NCBI GenBank assembly: GCA_904063045.1
Contig: CAJFCJ010000014.1
Coordinates: 1,237,643-1,301,642 of the forward strand
DNA length: 64,000 nucleotides
Direction of reading: 5' to 3'
From: Dimorphilus gyrociliatus
Lineage: Eukaryota; Animalia; Annelida
Shown: positions 26,862 through 40,146 of the stretch, in pieces
Numbering within the stretch: position 1 is the stretch's first letter
Layout of the letters: each line of letters begins with the position of its first letter
Position numbers and translations under genes: made by a program
The notes under the pieces: model-generated
Database searches by the model: none
What the model saw: only the letters and a program-made list of their open reading frames with translations
Told to the model about the DNA's origin: nothing

Positions 26862-28796
26862 ACTTTAACCAAAAATAGAACAAAAGGTAACAGTATGTTC
26901 TTGAAAGTTTTAAAAATTTAATAATACGTCATTATCCTATATTTAAGTGAATGTGTGCTGTCAATAAGGTTTTTCTATAAATTATTCATTTGATAATTAA
27001 TACGATCTTATCTCGAGGCTTTCTTTCTTCCTTCTTCTTCAGTTTCTTAGCTCATATTAAATATATTTGTGAATTTATCTTAAGTAGTTTCTGAAAGTTT
27101 TCTATAGTCTACTTTCACGGTTTTAAAAGGATCAAAGGTATAATTCTTTCGAGTGTTAATTCTTCACTTGAAAAGGAGAATGATATTACCGGAAGGAGGT
27201 AAAAACATGACACAACCTTTCTGAAGGAAGAAACTTATAAACGAGTTATAATCCTTTACAAAATAAAGATGTAAGGAAATGTATATATGCAGTATATATA
27301 AAAGTAAAAGATTAGTAATTACTTTTTTTTGTAGTCCTTCAATAGGTTTTGTTTGGTGTAAAGAAAACAACGGAAGATTGTATATTTAGCATAAAACTTT
27401 ATGATTTAACAAGAAATAGGCTGGGTCAAACTACGGAGAAAGTAAGAGATTGGTAAAAGATAAAGGAGAAAATTAAAAGAAAACCTGATTAAGAAAATAA
27501 AATCATATTTGTCGGTTCGTTGATTAAAGAATTCGAATAATAACTTCTAAGCTTTTTAGTCAACTTTCTCTCGCTTGATTATTCCCTTTATACCGACAAT
27601 GGCTATCGGCATTTCTCTCTAAAGTGTTCTTATTCAAAACGAAGTATTCAATTAATACATTATGAAAAAAATTTTCAAGTAATATTAAGGATTATCATCT
27701 ATTATCGGTCAATGTGTAAATAATCTGATAATAACTAGATTTTGGAAAAAATAATTACGTTTCTTACATAATTGTGATATAATCAACGAAATTGGATATA
27801 AGACTATTTTATTTACTGCAGTCTACTATTATTTATGAGCTAATCTGATAAGTATTATAAAGAATACTTGAATTATTAGCTGCCTGGGAATTTTTCTTAG
27901 GTAATACAAGTACGCGTTGGTCCGACTATTCTCTCTCTCGATAACGTCCTATAAAAGCTTATCAACGACCGTTGATTGCTTCGATTTTTCTTTATTTTTT
28001 CTTTCAATTTGAAAATAAGGAGATTTTATTAACTTTGAATAGCGACGCCTATTTATTAATTGCAGTTTTTTCTGCTTCTATTTCACGATTAAATGATTGA
28101 TAATACAGTAATTTATTCCTTCAAAAGAAAATGATAAACAATTGAAGACAATTAGTCTGTTGATATACAATCTCAATTTTCGAATATACATATATCGATG
28201 ATTGAAGATTAAGACTTAAGATAAGCTATATCAATTATTTTTAAAGTTTTCGTTATCGGTCAACAAGAAATCATGTATCTATTTTTTCCCTTTATTGTTA
28301 TATTCCTTACTATAAAGTAGAAGTTACAGCGATCAAGTCCTTTTCATTTTCTCCATTCTTTTCGCATACATTCTCACTTCACTCTCTTTCTCTCTCGTTC
28401 TCTTTTATTCAAAATGCTGAGTAGGCTTGTTATATTCTTTATTCTATCTAACATAAGTTTGTCACTTGGTAAACATTTTATCAATTATTTATTCTATAAA
28501 GAATATGAATATTCAGCATATCTAATGTATATATATATATAGTATACACATTACATTCTAAATGTGCTCTATGTATACACAAAAAAACAGGTCTTACTGT
28601 ATAAAAGTATACAAATATTATACACCAATCCAAAGGCTTATGAATTGAAAGAAAGTATATAATACTTACAGGTATATCATATTTATGTTTTGTTATTTTA
28701 TAACAAATATAGGCTTTACTTTACTAGCGCATAAGGAGAGAACCTTATCAATAGGTTGATCCAGCCTTGTGCGAATGATATACAATTACCAATCAA

Positions 28797-30676
28797 TTAC
28801 AAATCAATTTTGAACACTTGGACGATAGATTGCTGACAAGCGGACCGTCTAGCTGACTTTCCATTTGGTTTTCCAGATTGACGTCCGGGAGGCTCCATTT
28901 TAAAGCACTTAATGTCGACTGGTCGCCGACCTATAGCAGGCTGTAATTTACTTTGATCCCTCATTAATACTGTATTTCGATCGTCCTTCTCAAATTCAAG
29001 CATTGCTTCTTCGGCCGCTTTTTGGGCCGCCTCAAATATTTCTTTTTCTCTGTCGGTATGATCTTCTGCTGCAGCGTATTTTTCACTAGCTTGTGTTTCG
29101 GTCTCTTCTATACCGGAATCGCCTAGACGAGATTCATTGGAGCTTACATCCGATAAAGCTGGAGCGGCAATAGGCTCTTCCGCTTTGAAACGGGGTGTCG
29201 ATGGTTTCCTAGGCGTTAATTGTTGTTCATTTGTTGGGCGCTGAATGCGTCTAAAACGGCTTTCCAAACTGGTCGATCTATTAGGCTTTTGTCTGATGAC
29301 GACTGGAGTACTGTAAGTGGATCGGAATCCGAAATTACTTGCGGCATCGTCGATATTTATCCTTGGCAAGGACATAGCTCTAGTCGTTGATAAACGATCG
29401 TTTGATCCGTCTCTAGAACGAATATCATCAGGAAAGACATCGTTCGATTTTGTCTGTAGGTTCGATAATCGAACGTTGATTGTTCTATTAGTTTTTACCC
29501 TTGATCCGTATGACACTTTTGTAGGGCTGCAATTGGCTTTAACCGAAAGAGGTACACTTAAACCTTCAATAGGCTTATCGCTGTCGGCTTTAACTTGTGA
29601 CGATGGTGTCCTAACCGCTCGTCTCGCGGCTGCCGAAGCTTTTCTAATACTTTTAACTTCGTCATTCTGACTCAAGTTCCCGCTGATTAAAGGAAAGTGA
29701 AAAGTCCTCGTTGAAATTTGTTCACTAAGACGAGCTCTTGTAGAATTTGACACGTTCGGTACATTGGAATCGATTTTGTTAGGACGCCTCGTTTTTGGTC
29801 GCGATCGTCCATCCTCCCCTGGTGCTCGGAAGAACATTACCGATTTATTATCATCGATTCGACATGGCTGAGAATCGCTCTCCGTACTAAGTTCTTTACT
29901 CTCTTCAACAAGATGTGGCCTAGTCTTCCTTACTACTTCAGTTTCGGGAACGAAGAAGATATTTGACGGATCGCGCATTGGCGGATCCAACTTTGATGAC
30001 CGATTGGTTTTGGGCAAGGGTTCGAGTTGTTCATTGTGCTTGAGTAATATTAATTTCCTATCCGGATCTGTAGGTGCATGAACATATGCCGTATCCGCTT
30101 TAGAGGAGTTTAATCTATTCCTTATATATAAGGGAGTTTGACTATTCCACCTTGTTGGCGAACCTTCATCATTCCAAACAGTTCGCCTCGATTTCAACAT
30201 GCTGACTGAACGTAGCGGCGCTCTGCTCCAAATATATTCAACCAATGAGAGGCGAGCTGTTCTATTACAGATTAGTAGATAATATACGCCGATTTCTTTT
30301 TTTTGTCAACCTATTTAATTCCTGATATCCTTTTTTTTTAAAAATACAGACCTTGTTCTTCCCCTGTTAGTTGGCAGATAGTTATGAGCTGTGAAAATAA
30401 AAAAATGACAATACGAAGCTTTTTTTCCTTAGCCAATCGATGTTGAATTGTCTCGGCTTGGCGACCGTCCGAAGCTTCGCATTGACAACGGCAATTGAAA
30501 ATTGCCGACTATTAATATTAAATAAGTCCTATATTGTTCGGTAGTAAATAGAAATGAATATAAAGTGATATTCTTTCGTGGCCCCCACTAAGTATTTCCT
30601 CGTAGTTAACAAACTATAATACTCCTAGAAGAGAGCTGAGAGTGCAAAGAAATATAGACTTAATAAAAGTTGTCAT
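28797..30676 (-). CDS. Uncharacterised low-complexity, Ser/Arg/Pro-rich protein (boundaries uncertain)
   Basis: Long open frame 30261-28797. Possible in-phase upstream exons 30388-30352, 30508-30415 and 30676-30623; an internal ATG (MLKSRR) is an alternative start. No recognisable domain. Confidence 0.55.
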
Positions 30677-30996
30677 TGAACAACGGAGGGGGCGGTGTCA
30701 ACGCGTACGACTGTTAAAAGTCAATATTATTTGTCTCGATATTTCTCCTTCCGAAGAGCAAACATTCCGACGAACGCGCTCGATGTTTGACAAAGGTATT
30801 TGTTAGGCCTAAAATCACCGAGTTTCCGATTGCAATTAAACCGATATAGGATTACATCGTTCCATTTACTTTTCTACATATTGAATAACTTTTGATTCAT
30901 TTATTGCAACATTGTAATGTTATAAGCCGGTACGCTTTTAAATTTATTAATTGCACTTCGAGATTAAGTATTAAACAGTTTATTATTAAATAGTTA

Positions 30997-33047
30997 TTAA
31001 CTGCAGTTTGATTCCAAATCGCCCAAATATGAATTCTCCGAATCGGCAACGGAAGTATTATCTTGCGAAGAAGACGGAGTATATGACTTATTTTCACCCG
31101 ATTTAAATGTCTTTTGTCTTACAGCTTTCATAATATCACCCACAATTACGGTGGAGAGGAGATCAATATCACCCATATTATTGACGATAGGATCCCATAC
31201 ATTGCTTGATGTTGTTTGATCCTTCCACACAAGTTCCGATAAAATTTCCTTGTCTCGGAGTATTTTTAACAGGAGATGACCCTTCTCCTCGTCTAATGCT
31301 TGGAATATATCGACTAACTTTACGCAATTGCTTTCTAACATTTCCAACACCAAATCCATATTTGGAAGACGTTTTATGATTTTTATATACGAATCCACCT
31401 CTAACTGCCTCACCTTGCAAAAGGAAACAACAAGAGACACGTGAGAAATCCTAGCTAGACAAACTGCAGCTTTATCGAATAATCGAAGGGAAGTGTATAT
31501 TCTATGCGATAATTGCATGCGCCTACACGTGCAAATCGAATTACACATGCAATTAGCTTCAATTAACTCAGCATCGGCTTCAGATAGATCTAACTGATTT
31601 TGAGTGACCCAATGTGAGAGGGCATCCATATCCTTTTCTTTTAGGGCAGTCTGAACGCACACAGTAGCCAAATAACCAGACACAGGTTGCTTATAAGCCG
31701 GCGACGTTGAACATAGAGCTTCACAAAATATCATCAAAATTTTTGGTTCGTTTATCTCCTTTAGTCTATCGACAGTTTCAGGAATTCGGAGAATACCCTT
31801 AGGGCTAATGGCTGCGTGGTAGGCTGCTGATTCATAAAGTCCTTCATCAAGTAGTTCATTGAAACGGTCAATGTACTCAAGCATTCGTTCAGCTTCCCGT
31901 TCTTTTGTTGGGTCGTCCTCTTCGGCTGCTACATCGTCCTTCATCTCGAAAGAAGTCTTTGCCAAAGCCGACGAGACTGTTTCGCCAATAGTCTGATGAG
32001 GCGAAGGCTGTTTTAAATAATCCTCAGCCGCTTTAACTGCCACTTGAAGCTTGTGACGTTTAATTCTAGCTAATTCCTTCTTCTCCTTCAACTCATCAGC
32101 CTTTTCTACTTTCCTATTAAGTTTAGCTTTCAATTCTTCTTGCCGATTTTTTGGAGCAAATTTAAGGGCCGATGCTTCTTTTAACTTTTCCCAATCGCTT
32201 TCCACTTGCCGTAGTTTTTTTAACAAAACTTCCTCTTGTACTTGTTCTTCTGGTGTTAGGCCTAAAATATAATAAAGTAGTTACAAGTCAACATTACTAT
32301 AAGATTATCAAAAGAAGTAAAAAAAGCTTGTACAAGCGATTTGTATTACCAGGAATATTTCTCCTTTCTTGCTTAACTTCAGGCGGGGGAGGATTTCGTA
32401 ATTTTTCGTCTTCCTGTTCTCTGATTGATCGACGCCTCCTTACATCTTCCAATTTAGTTTTTAACTTTTCGTTGTCATTTTCAATTTTTTCGATTCTTAT
32501 GTAATAAATTATTTAGCTTTTTTATTTCATTAATATTTATTATAAAGGTAAATTACTTTGTCATTAAATCCTTGGACCTTTTCACTAAATTATTTACTGT
32601 AGAGGGTTCAGTTGCCTTCTTTTTCAATTGTTGAGTTAAATATTCCGCCTCTTCTTTACCTAATTTTACAGCTGATATACAATTCTCATATTCGGATTTT
32701 ATAGCAGTAAGTATAGGCTTATACGCTGTCACGTACTCGATTACCTGCAAAACAAATTAAAACGTAAAACCAATTAGGGCAAGGACGTGGGAAAATACTT
32801 GGTCAAAAGCAGCTTTGTGTACGATATATCTCTGCTCTAAATCATCCTCTCCGACTTCTTTTAGTTCATCGTCAATAAACGAGTATATTGATTTTAGAAA
32901 AGCTCTATCCTTTTCGCAGGTAATAATAGGAGGAATAACATAATGCTTGACCGATGACAGCGATCGTGAAGACGAAGAAGAAGAGGGTCTTGTGCTAGTA
33001 TTGGTGTCAACCGAGCGGTAATATGAAGTAGTATCAGTAATAGACAT
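30997..33047 (-). CDS. CLHC1: Clathrin heavy chain linker domain-containing protein 1 (4 exons)
   Basis: Exons 33047-32799, 32744-32557, 32495-32350, 32261-30997 in phase. N-terminal IPPIITCEKDRAFLKSI...AFDQVIEYVTAYKPILTAIKSEYE and clathrin-linker-like YIDRFNELLDEGLYESAAYHAAISPKGILR match CLHC1. Confidence 0.85.
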
Positions 33048-33645
33048 TTTTGGCAAAGTTTTAAAATTTTAGAGCGATATTACAATTTTTCCGCCATTTT
33101 CAAACAGCTGGTAGTAGTCATGCCAACTATTAGGTTATCTTCGTACATTCCCCCATTCGCGGAATATTTTTAAAAGTTATTGGGTGCATTATTGATATGA
33201 CAAATTTAGTTTGTTAACTTAGGATAATTGTTTACAATAGAATATTCAACTTGTTTAACAACAATTAAAAAATTAGTAGAAAATTGAACAGAAAGTATCA
33301 ATTGAAAAATTTACTCTATAGAAGAAACTAAACATTTGCAATCCTTCGATCTTATCTTTATAAGGCAAAAGAATCTGTAAGCGGAAACTAACCAACTCAC
33401 AAACGAACCCTTGATTTATAGAATAAATATAAAAAAATTGCCAATAATCTTAAATATAGTTTGTATAATTAACTATTTTTAGATGATATTTTTATAAGGC
33501 TATCAAAGGAAAAGAAAGAATAAAACTTGCTGAAAAATTTATGTATATATATAAAAAATTCGATAGAGAAAGATAAAGAAAAAAAAGAAGAGAAATTGTA
33601 ATAAATTTCAGTATTAAAATAATTAATATGGAAATGAGCAAATGA

Positions 33646-35010
33646 TCAGAGTTGCTTTCTTAACTCTTTAAGGTTCTCTTCGTAGAATACTCCATCTATA
33701 GATTTTGTAGAACAAATATTATGTTTACTGCAAACATTTAGATAAATTAGCTTTTCAAATCTTTTTACAATGAAACGTATTTGCTCTTGTGGAATGTCAG
33801 TGTCCCTTAACCACAATTTTCTCAGTGCGGGATCTTTGCCAAAACTTTCAAATATGGCAGCCCAAACAGGCTCTAAAAATGTGCTACCCGATATATTTAA
33901 TTCCTCTAGACAATGTCTCCATCTATCGAATATATCTGTTACTTGGCTAATGAGATCAATTTGAGCAGGAAATATAAAAGTAAATAAATAACTAATATTA
34001 AGAGATCGTAGTTTTTTGGTTTTTAAATAAAGTAGAAATTCAAAATTATCCATATGCTTTAGGTTACAGACATTAATAATTTCGAGATTTTTACAATTTT
34101 CGACCAGACCTAATATTCTTTGAGGTGTTTGGTGTAAATGTAAAGCAGTTTTTGAACACAAGTATATCTCTCTTAAATCTAGACAATCTCCTGGGATAAC
34201 GACGCCTAATTCGGCGTCTGGATAATACGCTTGAAATCTCGTACAACTTATGTTGAACACTTTAAGAGATTGGCAGTTTTGACGAAATTCTGCATAATCT
34301 AATTCGGGGTCTGAGAATCCGTTAACATATAAGCAGTTCTCCATTTCAAATACTTCCATTTTTCGGCACTTGGAATTGATCGTCTCGAAAAAGGCTTCTG
34401 CTGCTGTTGCATGCATTTTATTATTCGATATGTTCAATCTTTTAAGCCTCGGCATTAAATCGAAGCAGAAATTCAAGGCTGCCTTGGGAATGATAGATTT
34501 CCGAAAAGTTCCATTTAAATTAATCGATTCTAATGATTCCAAACTACGAGCGTCCGCTAACTCTGTGAGTAAGCCAGACGTTACTCTAGATGCTGCTTGG
34601 AAAGATAATTCTCTTACGTTGTTGAATTTAGGCACCATATCAACAAACTGTCTATTAGTAAGACAATTATTGAACCGTATCGTTTCACAATCAATAAGCA
34701 GAGGGAAGAGATTTCTCGTCATTCTACCCAATTGCTGATTTGTACATTGTTCCGATCCTTTAACGAAGTCAACATTTTTCCAAAATTTCTTCAATCCAAT
34801 AACCTTAGCCCATAAATACGAAACAGATCCAAGTTTCTTCAATACAATATGGCCTTCGTTCCATATACAAAATTGAAAGATTTTCTCAACAATTTCCAAA
34901 GGTAAGAAATTCCAGTCTGGTAAAGAAGGATCTCTTTTCGCTGATTTCTTTCTAAACGTTTGACTATAACATCTTCGTATACTTTTCCGTTTTCTCGTCT
35001 CTCTATACAT
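33646..35010 (-). CDS. F-box/LRR protein, FBXL6-like paralog 4 (intronless, 454 aa)
   Basis: F-box WNFLPLEIVEKIFQFC...FWKNVDF with the shared EGH motif; LRRs LKRLNISNN, LKVFNISCT, LEELNISGS. Confidence 0.85.
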   Translation of the reverse strand: MYRETRKRKSIRRCYSQTFRKKSAKRDPSLPDWNFLPLEIVEKIFQFCIWNEGHIVLKKLGSVSYLWAKVIGLKKFWKNVDFVKGSEQCTNQQLGRMTRNLFPLLIDCETIRFNNCLTNRQFVDMVPKFNNVRELSFQAASRVTSGLLTELADARSLESLESINLNGTFRKSIIPKAALNFCFDLMPRLKRLNISNNKMHATAAEAFFETINSKCRKMEVFEMENCLYVNGFSDPELDYAEFRQNCQSLKVFNISCTRFQAYYPDAELGVVIPGDCLDLREIYLCSKTALHLHQTPQRILGLVENCKNLEIINVCNLKHMDNFEFLLYLKTKKLRSLNISYLFTFIFPAQIDLISQVTDIFDRWRHCLEELNISGSTFLEPVWAAIFESFGKDPALRKLWLRDTDIPQEQIRFIVKRFEKLIYLNVCSKHNICSTKSIDGVFYEENLKELRKQL

Positions 35011-36605
35011 AGCTGAATTGATTTGATAAAAAAAAGCTATAATTTATCAGTTTTGTTCAAAAAAAATGTGTTGTTCATCGAGTCTGTCCAAAAGAAAGAA
35101 TTCGTCTATAATGTTTTCTATAACGAATTTAAATGATAAAAGGCAAGAAACAGTTGACTAGTTCTGTAAAAAGAAAAAAAATGGAGATGTAAACAATAAG
35201 TATAGTGCTTTAGGCCATATTCTTAAACCTCCCTTCTTTTCGAAGGGTAGAGAACATATAATTAAGTCATTCGTAGGACAAAAAAGTGACAGTTATCGTT
35301 ATTATACGTAAATAAATATATTTAGATAGTTAAATGGAGATAGGGATAAAAGACAGAGACCAATAGAGAGAAAGACAGAGAAAGAGAGAGAGAGAGAGGA
35401 CGGGGGAAGAAAGAGAAAATAGAGACTTATGGAAAATACAGAGACAGACAGAAAGAGATATAGAAAGAAAGAACCAGAGTCAGAAAACAAGTGAGCAATT
35501 AAATATTATCTGCTGTGGATTTCTTTTTTCGGGGCTAAACCGCCTTCAAATAGTTGGTACTACACGGTACAATAACCTTCAAACATCATTTTAAGTCTTG
35601 TTGTCCTTTTAAAAAAGTTAATCAGTCTTTTAATTAGCTCTATTAAAGCTAGTTCGAACTCGTGTTAGATAGGTTACTGTACATAATGCCCTACAAAATA
35701 TTACGTAATACATTGTTCTATTAATAAAGATACATAAAGATTTATATACATTTGTATTGTATTTTTGCCTAAACCTGAATTTTTCTATTAAATTTTCTAA
35801 TAACAATGAATAATAATGAAACGTACCTTTATTAACTGATAATTAACACTAGAAAGATGCTGTTAATTCATTTAATTAGTCTGTTATTGGCAATCCGTAA
35901 GATTCCGGCACGTCTTAAAGCCCGATAAACAATAAATCTTCTTAAAGAAGAAACTGGTTATTTCCGCAATCTTTTACTAAAATAATTCCTGGTCATGAGA
36001 GGAGAGTTTATAGGAAAATAACTCTAGGTTCTATATTCCTGTTTGATTATTTTACTTTTATATATCTATAATTAGAAGGGTGAGATCTATGGAATATTCT
36101 TATGGGAAAATGCTTAGGGGTGGAAAGGTGTTCATGTCAGATTTATATTAAACTGTCCCATTAAATATTATTTTTATACTTTAATGTCTTAAATTTTTTG
36201 CTAAAGAATATAACATATATTAATATATATTAATATAAATATGAATATATATACAGTATACATATATTTGAACAGGAAAACCACAAATTTCAATTTAAAT
36301 AAAGATTTAACCTTCACCCTGATTTGCGACGAATCTAAAATGAAGTAAACAATTTTTTATTTGTCGTCTGGAAGGAATTGGACGGTTTAAATCATTTTGA
36401 AATGTTCTAGAATTATAATTTTTGTCAATTATGAAAGAAAAATTCCTCTTTTATTTATGCATTCATTTTTTAAAATTTTTCTAAAGGCTCTTTACCATAA
36501 AATTATATTGTCCTTTTAGAATGTTCCAGACTAATAGGCCTATGATGTAGTTTTTTATCACCTGTCTCACCGGAGCATTTTGAGTTTTACTCATAAAATT
36601 TTGAC

Positions 36606-38748
36606 ATGTTGAGGAGTGTTTGCCAAAGTATATATAAGGAGAAGAAAATTTCTCTCTTCACTTCATATGGCCCACTACTGTTCTTAACGTAAACAGTTAA
36701 GCGTGGAATGGAGCCATTGATGAATAACTACAAGACTTGGAAGATCACGATCGTTGGTTGCGGCAGCACCGGCTGTAAGATCGCGGGTACGTAGAAAAAG
36801 AATATTTGGTTCTTGAAAATTTCTAAATATTACACGTTTTTATTGTTTTGTTAATATCCGTCTCCCTAAACAGGCTACTTCATTAACAATGGATGGGATG
36901 TTAAACTATTCGACCGTTCTCCAACTGTTATTCGTAACGTGTGGAAGATGGTTCAATCCGATATAGAGTATAAGTTTGCTCGCAACCGTTTTGCTGGTAC
37001 CTGTACAGTAAGGAGAATAGATTATTTCTTTTCGAATCCTTAAATATGCCTATTCTATGTCTATTCTGTCGTTATTTTAGGGCGGTTTAATTTGCGCTAA
37101 TGACATTGCTGACGCAGTCAGGCATGCTGATTTAGTTATTGAGGCCATTGAAGATGAACTTCTATCTAAGCAAAATCTATTTGAAAGTTTGTCTTATTTT
37201 TTATTATTACTCAATACTAAAAATGTTTGTCTTCTCTATTAAGTCTTAGGTCGTCATTGTAAGCCAAATGCCATTTTGGCGACTACAACGCACCAATATG
37301 ATATTTCTCAAATTGCTGAAAATACGCGTAATAAAGATGTAAGTAACTATTAATTGGTTAGAATTTCGATAGTAAAACTTATAATATTTTATTTATCCAA
37401 TAGCGTGTTATGGGTATACAATTTATGTGTCCTATTTACGATAATCCTGAAGTAATGGTCACTCCTGCTAGAGAGACTTCGGAGGAGAAGATAAATATTA
37501 GTATGTACATTTTTGTCTTTATTTTCTCGAATTCTAATTAAATACTTGTTGTTTTCTGTTTATTCTTTTTAACAGTTAGCAACTTCCTCTCAAATTTGGG
37601 AAAGCGAGTAGAAGTAAATCATTGGTCTATTTTTTCGGGTAGAACTGTTGAAAATGAAGATCCTGATGTTTTGTGGTCACATAGTAAGTGTTTAACATAT
37701 TAGTCTACACTTAATAATTATCTGTATATTAACGATTTTATTACTATTTTTAGTTAATAGAGTTTTATCTCTTCAAATGAGATCACCAAATTCGGGAAGT
37801 TTACCTGGAATTCCTTTTCCATTACCGAATTTGAATCCAATTCCGAATACGAATATGAATACGAATACGAATATGAATATGAATATGAATACGAATATGA
37901 ATACGAATACGAATATAAACACTAATCCAACTACTAGTTCTATTCCAAGAACCTTATCGAGTCAGACCCCGAATCTTGGTGTGAATGCGAATTTGGGCAT
38001 GAATACGAATCAAAATCGAAGTCGTATTCTCAATTCCAACGAAGAATTATCTTCACTATTGACTCGGGTGTTTGGCTCTTCAGAAGCGCTTCCAACGTTA
38101 CCACCATTTCCTCAGCTAGGTGCTCCTGGAACGCTTCCACCGTTACCACCATTGTCACTACTACCTGAGCTAGCTAGACTGACTAACAGGGCTCCAACGA
38201 CGGCTCCAACGGCGGCTCCAACGACGGCTCCAAAGGCATCCCGGCCCGTTCCTCACATGGATTGGACTTGCGAGGGTGAGTTGAACTTTTTTGCGTCGTT
38301 TGTCTAGACAAGTCAACCAAGTCTTTTTTTTGTGATTAAAAGTTGTTAAACTCGTACATTTAAGTACTCGTTACATAAATGTCAAAGTTAATCACGCTTT
38401 ACTTAAGAGGTCATTGGGTACTGTTTTTACTGAAATTTTTTCTGTAATTTTGGCATTGACGACTAGTTTGACCTTGTCAAATAAATTTAAAGAAAAATTT
38501 ATAGTTTGTTAAGTATTTAAAATATATTCTTCCATAACTTTCCAGATGAAGATAAAGACGACGAGGCGGTTGGCAAGCCACCTCAAGAATGTAGTATATG
38601 TTTGGAAAAGCCAAGAAATTGTTTGTTCAATCCTTGTCATCATATTGTGTCATGCACAAAATGCGCTGGTATACTCTTGAGGAACGGGGCCGGGTGCCCT
38701 TTATGCCGTCAAGTAGTCTCGAATGCTGTTAAGGTTTACTTTGGTTAG
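36606..38748 (+). CDS. 3-hydroxyacyl-CoA dehydrogenase NAD-binding-like domain fused to a C3HC4 RING finger (9 exons)
   Basis: In-phase exons start near 36606 (or ATG 36708), 36697, 36874, 37081, 37241, 37404, 37576, 37754 and 38546. Rossmann motif ITIVGCGSTGCKIA, ADLVIEAIEDELLSKQNLF, LGKRV...INR, a low-complexity linker, and CSICLEKPRNCLFNPCHHIVSCTKC...CPLCRQ ending in TAG at 38748. Confidence 0.85.
37846..37920 (+). repeat. Coding hexamer repeat (AATACG/AATATG)n encoding an Asn-Thr/Asn-Met dipeptide run
   Basis: About 12 tandem 6-bp units in the linker exon of the dehydrogenase-RING gene. A 12-bp GCTCCAACG(A/G)CG repeat (APTT) follows at 38191-38238. Confidence 0.85.
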
Positions 38749-40146
38749 ACAATTTTGTGAAGTTTCTAGTAACGTCTATCTGTTTTTTTTTTTTGGAAAG
38801 TTTAGAAATATCTAATATTCCTTTTTATTATCTCATGAATATTTATAAGAAAAAAAGAAGGATTTTATTTTCTTTTTTGTTAGGTATGAAAAAAATATTC
38901 AGATAAATAATTCAATTCTTTCTATTTTTGGTTATTGACCCAATTTAAAAAAAAAAAATGTATAGTTTTGTTAATTGGATTTAATAGAGTGTATTAAGAA
39001 AAGAAGAAATGAAAAAAAAAATCTATAACTACGTGTAGTTAAGCAAATTATATATTATGTTCTATTGTAATATATAGTTGTTTATGTTTTTGATTCGTTT
39101 TCGTTTGGAAAATGTAAAAGAAACAAAAAAGAGAATGTGTTATGAATTTTTGTATGTTCTATTATGTATTTTTGTTTATCTTTTTCATGTCCTATAAGTT
39201 TGAAAGTTGTTGAAGAGATGTTATATTGAATAAACTTGAGAAAGGTAACTTTATCTAAAATTGCCTTTCTCTTCTTGACAACTATATACAGTTTATATTA
39301 TTATTAATTTATTATTTACAATAACCTTTTCTTTTATTAAGATTATTTGAAGTTATCTAATAAATAACTCTGCTCATTCCAACTAAAGTTATTTTAAATA
39401 AAAGAATGGATTTTAAATCTATACAGTTGAATAATCTAAGTGCTGTATAAGTAATAAGCCGATAAAAGAAGTATATTCCTTATAATATCCTAATTTAGTT
39501 GAAGCTATTGAATTATTGAAGAAAAAGTAAAGGAATTTTTTATGTGTATAGATTTCTTTGTAACATATAATCATTTCTCTTTCTCTCTCTCTAAAAAAGC
39601 ACTGTACAAGCTTGAACTAAATAGATTGACGTTATAGATGTTATAAACAATTTTTAACTGTTTAAGATGACCTTTTGAAATATAAAAAAGTCACTTTTCT
39701 TGTCTATGTTTTGTCCTAGTTACCACAATAAAAAATAAAACAAATGTCAGACAAATCGCCTTTTATTATGAGTTATTTACTCAGTTAATTCGAAAGTAAC
39801 ATTTTTATTAGCCTATAATGATTTTTTCTTTCTGTTATTGATTGTTTTCGTGATTTTCCTATATTCTCCTAATTAAACTCAAGTACATTATTGCTTTCTT
39901 ACTTGAAATTTTTATGCCATGCATACTTATTTCACTTAAAAAACAATGTTTATAATTTAAACAACACTGTCTCCATCTGTTGTTTTTTAATTTATTACAA
40001 GGGAAAAATGACACAAACCGGTCTATCAAAATAATGTACGATGAAACCGTATTGTGTTTATGAATATTAACTGGTAGATAACTTTTTTCCACTTTGAAAT
40101 AATACCAATTTTTTCACCTCTTTAGTCATTCGCCTATTCTAGAAAC

